Assembly (NCBI GenBank): GCA_938091905.1
Contig: CALKOM010000025.1
Span: forward strand, 1 to 30,124
DNA from: an uncultured Verrucomicrobiales bacterium
GTDB lineage: Bacteria > Verrucomicrobiota > Verrucomicrobiia > Verrucomicrobiales > DEV007
Length of the DNA: 30,124 nt
Reading direction: 5' to 3'
The translations under genes were made by a program, and so were the position numbers. A model generated the notes under the pieces. The model worked only from the letters and a program-made list of their open reading frames with translations, did not search any database and was not told the origin of the DNA. This document shows positions 8,454-17,721 of the stretch, one piece after another. Every line of letters begins with the position of its first letter. The stretch's first letter is position 1.

Positions 8454-9659
8454 ATGTCCTACTCTACCTCTGAACTCTTAGCACTACGTGATGCCTACCG
8501 TGACACCTTGCTCAATGACACCCTTCCGTTTTGGATGCCGGACATCGTCGACCAAGAGCATGGCGGCTATTTGGTGTCCCGCGATCGCGATGGTTCGCTA
8601 GTCGATGACGACAAGTCTGTGTGGCAACAAGGTCGATTTGCCTGGATGATTGCGACGATTCACAACACGATGGAACAACGTCAGGAATGGTTGGATGTCT
8701 CTCTGTCGGGCATCCAGTTCATGCGAGACCACTGCTTCGATAGGGAAGGGGACGGTCGCATGTTTTTCCATGTCACCCGCGATGGGCAGCCGATTCGAAA
8801 GCGCCGCTACTACTTTTCAGAGTGTTTCGCCTCGATCGCGTCTGGGGCTTATGCGAAGGGCGCCAATGATGCCAAAGCGGCTAAGGAGGCACGAGATCTC
8901 TTTGGGCGCTGCTTGGATTTCTACGAGCACCCTGAGATGTTACCAGCGAAGTTCACCAACACGCGTCCTGGCAAAGGCATCGGTGCGCCGATGATCCTAA
9001 TGAACGTTGCTCAGCAACTGCGTGAAACGATTGGGCTTGAGTCTGCTGATCAGTGGATTGATCGATTCATCGACGAGATCCGAGCCGACTTTGTGAAGCC
9101 CGAGATTCAGTGTGTCATGGAACAGGTGGCGCCTGATGGTTCGATCATCGATCATTTTGACGGTCGCACCTTGAATCCTGGCCACGCCATCGAGTGCGCC
9201 TGGTTCATCCTTCACGAAGCCAAGCATCGCAATGATGCCGATCTCATGCAGCTCGGTTGCCAGATGCTCGATTGGATGTGGGATCGTGGTTGGGACAAGG
9301 AGTACGGCGGATTGCTCTATTTCACGGATGTGTATGGACAGCCCGTCCAAGAGTATTGGCACGACATGAAGTTCTGGTGGCCCCACAATGAAGCCGAGAT
9401 CGCGACGTTGTTAGCCTACGATCTTACGCGTGATTCTAGATACGCGGAGAACCATCGCAAGATTCGAGCCTACAATCTGAAGACCTTTCATGATCCTGAG
9501 TACGGGGAATGGTACGGTTACGTGCATCGTGACGGTCGAATCTCATCTACCTTGAAAGGAAATCTTTGGAAAGGTCCGTTTCACATGCCTCGCATGCAGT
9601 GGTACTGTTGGCGATTGTTAGAAGAGAGATTCAGCTCCGGAAGTGAGGAGACGAAATGA
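8454..9659 (+). CDS. nanE: N-acylglucosamine 2-epimerase (AGE family; ManNAc/GlcNAc epimerase, Bacteroides-type NanE)
   Basis: LPFW, DKSVWQQGRFAW, YFSECF, NPGHAIECAWF, KFWWPHNEA, GEWYGY, WKGPFHMPR; adjacent to sialidases. Confidence 0.88.
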   Translation: MSYSTSELLALRDAYRDTLLNDTLPFWMPDIVDQEHGGYLVSRDRDGSLVDDDKSVWQQGRFAWMIATIHNTMEQRQEWLDVSLSGIQFMRDHCFDREGDGRMFFHVTRDGQPIRKRRYYFSECFASIASGAYAKGANDAKAAKEARDLFGRCLDFYEHPEMLPAKFTNTRPGKGIGAPMILMNVAQQLRETIGLESADQWIDRFIDEIRADFVKPEIQCVMEQVAPDGSIIDHFDGRTLNPGHAIECAWFILHEAKHRNDADLMQLGCQMLDWMWDRGWDKEYGGLLYFTDVYGQPVQEYWHDMKFWWPHNEAEIATLLAYDLTRDSRYAENHRKIRAYNLKTFHDPEYGEWYGYVHRDGRISSTLKGNLWKGPFHMPRMQWYCWRLLEERFSSGSEETK

Positions 9660-9720
9660 GGGCGCAGATGGCCAAATAGGAACCTTTCTTTCCTGGTGCC
9701 TAGGGGAATGCCAGGCGATC

Positions 9721-11409
9721 ATGGCTTCAATGAGAAGTCTTGCGCCTATTCTAGCAGCGTCAGCAATGCTGCTTGTGCAGATGTTAATCCCTGCCAGGGG
9801 AGAAGGGTTGTTTGTCGAGGAAGTGACCTTTCTGACGCCCCCTTATCTGCAGAATCTGAAAACGGATGGGATCGTGATCATGACGGAGACCGACGAGCGG
9901 GTGATTCTCGAGGTGGTCTACGGAGAGTCTGAGGAATACGGCTCAAAGGCGATGATGGAGCGTGTGGCCAGTGGTGGTGGCACGTGGTTTCATCGGGCCT
10001 TGCTTTTGGGACTGACACCCGAGACGGAGTATCACTATGCAGTGCAGTGTCAGGGAGGAGAACCCCTAACGGGCCATGCGCATTTCCACACGGCACCTGA
10101 GCGAGAGGTCGATTTCAAGTTTGCGGCTTGGAGTGACAGCCAAGGGCATAACCATGGTGCATGGGCTGCAGAACCGCTTGAACCGACCATCAGTATGATG
10201 AAACATATGGTTCAGTCAGGAGTGGCTTTCGGATTGACGACGGGAGATTTGGCGGAAGATGGTGCCAGTTATTCGGATACGCGTGATTATTACCTCGACC
10301 GCGTCGCGAGGCATTTAGGAACGTCTGTGCCGTGGTTTGCTGCCTGGGGAAACCATGATTCGAGTAGCCCGACGGCACCGCTTCGTTTGGCGTCGGATAT
10401 GCCGAGTCGCTATCGTGAAGGCCTCTCAGCCGGACATGGCTCCTTCAGTTTCGTTTACTCGAACTGCTTCTTTGTCTGTCTCGATCAGTTTTACAGGCAA
10501 GAGATCACCAATGGCTGGCTTGAAGAGCAACTTGCATCTTCCGAATCCCGGCAGGCACGTTTCCGATTTCTCGGCGTCCACGTGCCGCCTTATTGCGAGA
10601 GATGGATCGACGGAGACCAAGCCTTGCGTAGTAATTTGGTGCCGTTGCTCGAACGCTATGATGTGGCGATTTGTTTTAGCGGCCACACGCATGAATACGA
10701 GCGGGGCGAGTTGAATCATGTTCACTACGTGGTCACCGGAGGTGGAAGCTGGCTCGACCATCCCGAGCCCGTCGTCAGGGATTGGGAGCACATGTTCGTT
10801 GGTGGCGCGCATGATGTCGATGGCATGTGGGCGCGGCAAAGCAGCCTTGGTGTTCTTGGGGCGCCGCAGCCGATCGTTGGTGGCCTATTCAATGAGTATG
10901 CCTTGGTGAGCATCAGAGACGACTATCTTCGGCTAGACACTCAGGCCTTCAATGCGGATGGCTCTGAGATCGGGGTGCTCGACTCGTTTGAAATTGGCGA
11001 TGATCCTGGTCCTGATAGCGATGACGATGGCTTGCGCGATAGGTGGGAGATGGCGAATGGGCTCGATCCTAATGACCCCACTGGGGTGAACGGGCCGGAA
11101 GGAGATCTCGATGGCGATGGACAGACCAACAAGGTGGAGTGGATGGCTGGAACCGTTGCCAATGATCCTCATTCTCGATTCGAACTGATCGCGGTAACGT
11201 TAGATTCGAAAATACTTCAAGTCACCTGGCCGAGTGCTCCAGGACGACGGTATCGTATCCACACGTCTGATGATTTAAAAACGTGGAGCCCTTACAACGG
11301 TGTGTTTGGACGCCCTGTTGAGATTAAAGCTTCAGACGGAACGCACACGATCTTCAAACTCCGAGGAGTTGGGAATCAGGCCAGATATTTGAAAGTGTCC
11401 GCAGAGTGA
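9721..11409 (+). CDS. Secreted purple-acid-phosphatase-like metallophosphoesterase with C-terminal Asp-rich repeat and beta-strand tail
   Basis: Signal peptide after ATG 9721/9730; FN3-like N-domain (GLTPETEYHY); motifs SDSQ, TGDL, WGNHD, HVPPY, SGHTHEYER; tail DSDDDGLRDRWE...DLDGDGQTN...TWPS.PGRRY. Confidence 0.85.
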   Translation: MASMRSLAPILAASAMLLVQMLIPARGEGLFVEEVTFLTPPYLQNLKTDGIVIMTETDERVILEVVYGESEEYGSKAMMERVASGGGTWFHRALLLGLTPETEYHYAVQCQGGEPLTGHAHFHTAPEREVDFKFAAWSDSQGHNHGAWAAEPLEPTISMMKHMVQSGVAFGLTTGDLAEDGASYSDTRDYYLDRVARHLGTSVPWFAAWGNHDSSSPTAPLRLASDMPSRYREGLSAGHGSFSFVYSNCFFVCLDQFYRQEITNGWLEEQLASSESRQARFRFLGVHVPPYCERWIDGDQALRSNLVPLLERYDVAICFSGHTHEYERGELNHVHYVVTGGGSWLDHPEPVVRDWEHMFVGGAHDVDGMWARQSSLGVLGAPQPIVGGLFNEYALVSIRDDYLRLDTQAFNADGSEIGVLDSFEIGDDPGPDSDDDGLRDRWEMANGLDPNDPTGVNGPEGDLDGDGQTNKVEWMAGTVANDPHSRFELIAVTLDSKILQVTWPSAPGRRYRIHTSDDLKTWSPYNGVFGRPVEIKASDGTHTIFKLRGVGNQARYLKVSAE

Positions 11410-11412
11410 GAT

Positions 11413-12204
11413 TCAGGACGTGGGGCGGATCCAGATATTGCGGAAGGCGACCGGACAGCCGTGGCCAGCAAGTTTGATCGGGCCTTGGCTCACTTTGTTG
11501 TTGTAGTGAGGAATCACCTTATGACCGGTGGCACCATAGACGCGCTGATGGCGATGCACGAGCACGCCGTTGTGAAACATGGTAATGAATGCAGGTGAGA
11601 CGAGCTGATCCTTTTGAAAGACTGGAGCGGTAAAGACGATGTCGTAGGATTGCCACTCGCCTGGAGGAAGCGTGACATCGACTAACGGTGGTGTTTGTGC
11701 ATACACGGCGGCACACTGGCCGTCTGGGTAGAGAGGTTCGTGAAAGGAATCGAAGATCTGGATTTCATAAAGGCCGTGCAGCAAGATGCCATTGTTGCCT
11801 TTGTTATACCACGGCCCCTTGAAATCCTTGGGCATTTTCCATTCAAGATGGAGTTGGAAATTGCCGAAAGATTGCTTCGTGGCTGGGGACTTGTCTCCGG
11901 TGGCGACCAAGGTTCCATCGGACACTTTCCAATCCGTTTCTGTCCATTGCGAGAGATCATCACCACCGAACAAGACAGTCGCATCGCCCGGTGCCGGTAT
12001 AGAGGCGATGGGTTTACCGGGATCGATTTTGAGTGGCGCAGGTCGGTCGGGATCATGGACGAGCCATTCGCACCAAGGCAGTTTGGGGGTGTCTTTGTAA
12101 CCGTAGACGCCCGACCCATCCTTGGCTTTAATCAATGGGCTCTCGTCTGCAATGAGAGAGGTCACCATGAGTGGCAAGAGAAGTAGATTGATCGAGGGTT
12201 TCAT
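11413..12204 (-). CDS. DUF1080 (3-keto-glycoside hydrolase-like) secreted protein
   Basis: Signal peptide MKPSINLLLLPL; LFGGDDLSQW, FGNFQLHLEW, GNNGI, YEIQIFDS, GEWQSYDI, GHGCPVAFRNIWIR. Confidence 0.88.
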   Translation of the reverse strand: MKPSINLLLLPLMVTSLIADESPLIKAKDGSGVYGYKDTPKLPWCEWLVHDPDRPAPLKIDPGKPIASIPAPGDATVLFGGDDLSQWTETDWKVSDGTLVATGDKSPATKQSFGNFQLHLEWKMPKDFKGPWYNKGNNGILLHGLYEIQIFDSFHEPLYPDGQCAAVYAQTPPLVDVTLPPGEWQSYDIVFTAPVFQKDQLVSPAFITMFHNGVLVHRHQRVYGATGHKVIPHYNNKVSQGPIKLAGHGCPVAFRNIWIRPTS

Positions 12205-12224
12205 AGGGTGGCACGGTTTAGATA

Positions 12225-13295
12225 TTAGATGCGTTGACGCGCTGGTACGGCCCACTGGTTGTTGACAGTGTCGTCAACGATAGTAGTTGCGTGATCGTAG
12301 AGTGCCACGGTTGGGCAGATGTGCCATGGAACCCCTAACAGGGTGTCGCCAAGAGCGAATTCTGATGCCTCGGGAGATTGGACAACGAGGTGTTCTTCAC
12401 TCTGACTGACAAACACCGCGTTGGGGATCGCAGGAAAGACGATGCGGTGTTCAATGGGATTCTCTGCGGAGATAGCTTTGTGGCCGAGGTCGAGGGTGAG
12501 CAGGTCTTTGCCGGGTTTACTGATGACACGGGTTAGAACCATGGCGGCTTGCTCGAACGGCATGTCTGGCACTTTGTGGGCGTAGCCCGCGTCCCAGAAG
12601 ATGGTGGTTCCCGGGCTGCAAATGACGCGTGGATCGTTGGCGTGAACGGGGAATGTCGGGGTGCCACCTGCGATGATGGTGGAAGCTTCGCTTGTAGACT
12701 GAAGCATCTTCCAGAACGGAGCCCAAGCTTGCCGAGTGGCGGCGTGTCGATCTGCTAGATCCGTTTGATGAAGGTGGCCGTCGTAGACGTGCCAGCCTTC
12801 GAACTTTAGATTGTTCGTTTGGCGGATGGCGTCCGCCAATTTCATGGCTTTGTCCCCTGCGGGGATCCCCGTGCGGTGCATGCCGCAGTCAATATCAATA
12901 TAGATACCAACGGTGGCCTCGGTTTCTGCAAGCCTCTCTACTGCCGATGAGTGATCCACAACCGAACTAAGCCTGGTCTTAGGATGTTCTTTTGCTAGAG
13001 AGGCGAATTTGGCAACATTGGGTCCTAGCGGTTGGTAGGCGAGGAGGACATCCTTTGCACCCGCGAGCAACGCCATGCGCATTTCTGATAGGGTTGCGCA
13101 CTTGAATCGGTAGATGCCTGCATCCAAATAGAGGGCGACGATCTCCGGCATCTTTGCCGTCTTGAGATGAGGGCGAAGACGGTCTGGGGACCCCGCTATC
13201 TGGATCATGCGAGTGATGTTTGCATGCACGCGATCCGGAAAGACAATCAGACCCGGGGAGGGGACAGATTGAATTCCCGCGATCATTGGCTCCAC
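12225..13295 (-). CDS. D-threonine aldolase / D-serine dehydratase (DSD1) family, fold-type III PLP enzyme
   Basis: LRPHLKTAK (PLP Lys), DIDCGMHRTG, YDGH, GGTPTF, CSPGT, DLGHKA, QSEEH, HICPTV. Confidence 0.88.
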   Translation of the reverse strand: MEPMIAGIQSVPSPGLIVFPDRVHANITRMIQIAGSPDRLRPHLKTAKMPEIVALYLDAGIYRFKCATLSEMRMALLAGAKDVLLAYQPLGPNVAKFASLAKEHPKTRLSSVVDHSSAVERLAETEATVGIYIDIDCGMHRTGIPAGDKAMKLADAIRQTNNLKFEGWHVYDGHLHQTDLADRHAATRQAWAPFWKMLQSTSEASTIIAGGTPTFPVHANDPRVICSPGTTIFWDAGYAHKVPDMPFEQAAMVLTRVISKPGKDLLTLDLGHKAISAENPIEHRIVFPAIPNAVFVSQSEEHLVVQSPEASEFALGDTLLGVPWHICPTVALYDHATTIVDDTVNNQWAVPARQRI

Positions 13296-13296
13296 T

Positions 13297-16200
13297 CTAC
13301 GACAGGGTTAGCAAGAGATCCCCACTTTCCACCGTCTCCCCTGAATCAGCATGCAGCTCCGCCACGGTCCCGTCCTTGGGCGCGGTGATTGTGGTAAACA
13401 TCTTCATCGCTTCCAAGGTCAGCAAAGCATCGCCTTCGCTCACTTTGCTACCAACAGACACGGCCAACGAGGCGACTAGACCGGGCATGGGAGCTCCGAC
13501 TTGAGCGTCGTCTTTCTCGTCAGCTTTCGGGCGGGACTTCTTCTCGGTGCGGATGCTCGTGTCGAGGATCTTGACGTGGCGTGCTACTCCGTTGAGTTCG
13601 AAGATCAGCGTTCTTTCGCCGTCGCTGTTAGGATCTGTCTGATGAAGGAAGCGGATGATGAGCGTCTTGCCCTCCTGAATATGCACGAGGATTTCTTCGT
13701 CTTGGCAGAGTCCGTAGAAGAATGCTGGGGAAGGCAGCACCGAGACATCGCCATGGTTCTCGCAGAACGTGGCGTAGTCCTCGAAGACTTGAGGGTACAT
13801 GAGGTAACTGTAGGTCTCAAGAGTGCTCGGCTCGTGCCTGAGAATGCCTTGAACCGTCTCGGAGACTTCATCAAGATTCACTGCTGGGGCCAAAGCACCT
13901 GGGCGCTCCGTGGTGGAGTCGCGATCTCCCAAGATGACTTTCTGCACATCGGTAGGCCATCCGTTCATCGGTTGGCCCAGCCCGCCTGCTAGCATATCGA
14001 TCACGGACTCAGGGAATGGGGTGCCCGGAGGTAGATTACGAATGTCGTCTGCTTTGATCCCACGTGTGATGAGGAACATGGTGAGGTCGCCGACTACCTT
14101 GCTTGAAGGAGTCACCTTAACAATGTCTCCAAACAGCTTATTCACATCCGCGTAGGTGCGGGCGATCTCTGGCCAGCGGTGACCGATGCCCATGCTGTTG
14201 GCTTGCTCCTTTAGATTCGTGAACTGCCCACCAGGCATCTCGTGCAGGTAGACCTCGGCCGAGCCATGGGGCGGGGAAGTATCAAATGGTTTGTAGAATG
14301 TCCGAACGTGTTCCCAATAGTCGGAATATTCATTGAGCGCATCGAGATCGAGCTCGGTATCGCGCTCGGTGTTCTGCAGAGCTGCAACGATTGAGTTTAG
14401 GTTCGGCTGGCTTGTGCCACCTGAGAAGGAAGCGATGGCAGCATCTGCGATGTCCACGCCGGCATCTGAAGCTTGAAGGATGGAGGCAGCGTTAATACCA
14501 GACGTGTCGTGTGTGTGAAAGTGAATCGGAATACCGACTTCGCCCTTTAACGCCTTGACGAGTTTGTTAGCGGCATACGGGCGACAGAGGCCTGCCATGT
14601 CTTTGATGCAGAGCATGTGCGCGCCCATCTCGACAAGTTCCTTGGCGAGATCGACGTAGTATTGCAGCGAGTACTTGTCGCGCTCGGGGTCGAGGATATT
14701 TCCGGTGTAGCAAATGGTGCCTTCGCACAGAGACTTTGTTCCTTGGACAGCTTCCATTGCCGCTTTCAAGTTCGGCAAGTAGTTAAGCGAATCAAAGATA
14801 CGGAAGATGTCCATGCCTGCTTCCGAGGATTCCTTTACAAATCCAGAAACCACATCATCTGGGTAGTTTGAATACCCTACGGCATTCGAACCCCGGAAGA
14901 GCATTTGGAAACAGATGTTAGGAACGGCCTTGCGAAGAAGCTGCAAACGCTCCCAAGGATCTTCGTGTAGGAAACGCATCGCAGAATCGAATGTGGCCCC
15001 CCCCCACATCTCCATGGAGAAGAGGTTCGGCGTGCGATGAGCGACTGCTGAAGCAACCGCGAGCATGTCATAGGTGCGGACGCGTGTGGCGAAGAGCGAT
15101 TGATGGGCGTCGCGGAAGGTGGTGTCTGTGATCAGCAGAGGTTTCTGTTCGAGGACCCACTTGGAGAAGGCTTCAGGACCCATTGCCAACAATCGATCCC
15201 GAGTGCCTTCGGAAGGGGCTTCAGCTGCATTGAAACGTACAGCAGGTGCTGCGGTGAATGGCTCGTCGATCCTGTGCCCCTTGGCGTGCGGGTTGCCATT
15301 GACGATGACATCACCCAAGTATTTGAGAAGCTTGGTGGCACGGTCGCGTCGCCTCTTGAACCGGAAGAGTTGAGGCGTCGTATCGATCAACGTCGTGGTG
15401 GCTTGTCCGGCACGGAAGGATTCCTCAGCAATGACGTTCTCCACAAACGGAATATTCGTCTTGACCCCGCGGATACGAAACTCCCGCAGTGCACGATCCA
15501 TACGTTGGAGGGCGACGTCGAAAGTCTGAGCGTGGGTCGTGACTTTAACGAGTAGCGAATCGTAGAAAGGCGTGACGATACTTCCGGTGGTCCCGAGTCC
15601 GCCATCCAACCGAACGCCGAAGCCAGAGGCGGAGCGGTAAGTGATGATCTGTCCAATATCGGGACGGAAGTCTTGTTCAGGGTCTTCCGTCGTGATCCGA
15701 CATTGCACGGCAAAGCCGTTCCGTGGCACGTCCTCTTGGGCGGGCAAGGTCAGTTCCTCTGCGTTCAGTGGATGTCCCTGTGCAATGAGGATTTGTGACC
15801 GGACGATGTCGATGTTTGTGATCTCCTCAGTCACCGTGTGCTCCACTTGGATGCGCGGATTCATCTCGATGAAGAACCACTCATTGGCGTCCATATCGAC
15901 GAGGTACTCTACAGTGCCCGCGTTGTCGTAACCGATGCCTTTGACGAGATTGACAGCAGCGTCGCAGAGGCTTTTACGCAACGTTTCGTCGAGATCTACG
16001 GAAGGGGCGATCTCCACGACCTTCTGGTGGCGACGCTGGACGGAGCAATCCCGCTCATGGAGATGCATGGCATTGCCATGGCGGTCGCCTAACACTTGCA
16101 CTTCAATGTGCTTGGCCCGTGAAACAAAGCGCTCGAGGAAGACCGCGTTGTTTCCGAAAGCGCGTTCTGCTTCGTTCTGAGCATCGTCTAAGAGTTTGTC

Positions 16201-16746
16201 GAGTTTCTCAGGATCCTGGACCACGCGCATGCCTCGACCTCCGCCACCGAAGGCGGCTTTGATGATGAGAGGGAAGCCGATTTCTTTGGCTGCCTTCAGT
16301 GCCTCGGCGCGATCCGTCACTGGATCTTCAGTGCCAGGAAGGGTGGGCAAGTCCGCTTTGTGTGCGGAAGCACGGGCGGCGACTTTGTCTCCCATTAGAT
16401 CGATGATCTCGGGGCGGGGACCAACAAAGATGATGCCAGCTTCGTCACAGGCTCGTGCGAAATCTGCATTCTCGGCCAGGAATCCGTAGCCAGGATGGAT
16501 CGCGTCGACGCCCTTGGCCACGGCGAGCGTGATAATCCCTTCAATATCCAAATAGGCGCCCACGGGCCCCTTGTCCGGATTGAGCTGGTAGGACTCATCG
16601 GCCTTGAAACGGTGCATGGAGAACCGATCTTCCTTGGCGTATATGGCCACGGTGCGGAGGCCGAGCTCGTTGGCTGCCCGAAAGATACGGGTGGCGATTT
16701 CACTACGATTGGCGACAAGGAGTTTGCGGATGGGCTTTATGCTCAT
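13297..16746 (-). CDS. pyc: Pyruvate carboxylase
   Basis: 1149 aa; biotin carboxylase (LVANRSEIA, HPGYGFLAEN, GGGGRGMR, ERDCSVQRRHQK, EMNPRIQVEH), carboxyltransferase (DTTFRDAHQS, WGGATFD, IKDMAG, HTHDT, KVTPSSKVVGD) and biotin carrier (EAMKM). Confidence 0.98.
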   Translation of the reverse strand: MSIKPIRKLLVANRSEIATRIFRAANELGLRTVAIYAKEDRFSMHRFKADESYQLNPDKGPVGAYLDIEGIITLAVAKGVDAIHPGYGFLAENADFARACDEAGIIFVGPRPEIIDLMGDKVAARASAHKADLPTLPGTEDPVTDRAEALKAAKEIGFPLIIKAAFGGGGRGMRVVQDPEKLDKLLDDAQNEAERAFGNNAVFLERFVSRAKHIEVQVLGDRHGNAMHLHERDCSVQRRHQKVVEIAPSVDLDETLRKSLCDAAVNLVKGIGYDNAGTVEYLVDMDANEWFFIEMNPRIQVEHTVTEEITNIDIVRSQILIAQGHPLNAEELTLPAQEDVPRNGFAVQCRITTEDPEQDFRPDIGQIITYRSASGFGVRLDGGLGTTGSIVTPFYDSLLVKVTTHAQTFDVALQRMDRALREFRIRGVKTNIPFVENVIAEESFRAGQATTTLIDTTPQLFRFKRRRDRATKLLKYLGDVIVNGNPHAKGHRIDEPFTAAPAVRFNAAEAPSEGTRDRLLAMGPEAFSKWVLEQKPLLITDTTFRDAHQSLFATRVRTYDMLAVASAVAHRTPNLFSMEMWGGATFDSAMRFLHEDPWERLQLLRKAVPNICFQMLFRGSNAVGYSNYPDDVVSGFVKESSEAGMDIFRIFDSLNYLPNLKAAMEAVQGTKSLCEGTICYTGNILDPERDKYSLQYYVDLAKELVEMGAHMLCIKDMAGLCRPYAANKLVKALKGEVGIPIHFHTHDTSGINAASILQASDAGVDIADAAIASFSGGTSQPNLNSIVAALQNTERDTELDLDALNEYSDYWEHVRTFYKPFDTSPPHGSAEVYLHEMPGGQFTNLKEQANSMGIGHRWPEIARTYADVNKLFGDIVKVTPSSKVVGDLTMFLITRGIKADDIRNLPPGTPFPESVIDMLAGGLGQPMNGWPTDVQKVILGDRDSTTERPGALAPAVNLDEVSETVQGILRHEPSTLETYSYLMYPQVFEDYATFCENHGDVSVLPSPAFFYGLCQDEEILVHIQEGKTLIIRFLHQTDPNSDGERTLIFELNGVARHVKILDTSIRTEKKSRPKADEKDDAQVGAPMPGLVASLAVSVGSKVSEGDALLTLEAMKMFTTITAPKDGTVAELHADSGETVESGDLLLTLS

Positions 16747-16813
16747 AGACGCCGCAGTCTGCTAGCCGCCGTCCAATGGGCAAGAAATTTCCCGCCTTGG
16801 TTTGATCGAAGAG

Positions 16814-17716
16814 TCAACTCTGAGGTGGCTTGCTGATTGCGGCGTCCTGCTGCTCGACGAACTTCTTAATCCGAGCCCTTACGGCTTCGCGGTGTGGTTT
16901 GAGACCATGACTCCCACCGGTCACCGCGATGAAACGGACATCGGTCCCCGAATAAGCGGTCTCCTGCAGGTTTTGAGCTGGGGAGCCTTCCGCGGGTTCG
17001 CCTTTGAAGCCCTGTACACGAGCCCATTGCAGAGCCGTCTCAGGTGCTGAGAGGTGAGGAAACTTGCCGAACCGGAGGCCTCCTTCGAAGGGCACCACAT
17101 CGTCTTCCGTACCGTGTATATAGAGGATCTTGCGGCCGCTTACCGGGGCCTTCCGTTTGTCGTAGTCGTCGGTATCGCTACTGGAGGGCATCCAGAAAGA
17201 GCCATCATGGTATTGCTGCTCTATCATAGAGGCTACCAGTGGCACGGCTTTTTGAAAGAGCGGCTCGTCGACCTCGATGAGGAGGCGATGAATGAGAGCG
17301 GCTCCGTTGGATGAGCCGACAAGGGTTACATTTGCTGGATCTGCAAAGCGATAGGTCTCAAGCGTCTTCGCCATCAGTTGACGAAAGAAGGCGACGTCGG
17401 GGGCTTTGGATCGTTCTCCATGGATATTCCAGCTCTTCAAGTAGCCCTGAGCCGCGACTACAAGATGATTTGGGAAGAGATTGGTCCATTCCTTGAGGCT
17501 GCGGGCTGCATTGCCTCCGTTTCCATGAAAGAAAACAATGACGGGAACCATGCCTTCTCTAGACTTTGGAAGTCTTACATGGAATTCGCGGTCGAAGCCG
17601 TCAGGTTTTTGCGACCACGTTTGGCGAACGAGGAATATCTGTGTTTCTGCGCATAGCCAGGGAGTTGCCAGCAGGTACACTGCTAGAAGTGCCATATTAT
17701 AAATGAACGTTCGCAT
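16814..17716 (-). CDS. Secreted alpha/beta-hydrolase esterase (PHB-depolymerase/LpqC-like)
   Basis: Start reassigned to ATG 17716 (signal peptide). FFHGNGG, DVAFF, GSSNGA nucleophile elbow, IHGTEDDVVP, GGSH. Confidence 0.8.
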   Translation of the reverse strand: MRTFIYNMALLAVYLLATPWLCAETQIFLVRQTWSQKPDGFDREFHVRLPKSREGMVPVIVFFHGNGGNAARSLKEWTNLFPNHLVVAAQGYLKSWNIHGERSKAPDVAFFRQLMAKTLETYRFADPANVTLVGSSNGAALIHRLLIEVDEPLFQKAVPLVASMIEQQYHDGSFWMPSSSDTDDYDKRKAPVSGRKILYIHGTEDDVVPFEGGLRFGKFPHLSAPETALQWARVQGFKGEPAEGSPAQNLQETAYSGTDVRFIAVTGGSHGLKPHREAVRARIKKFVEQQDAAISKPPQS

Positions 17717-17721
17717 CTTTT

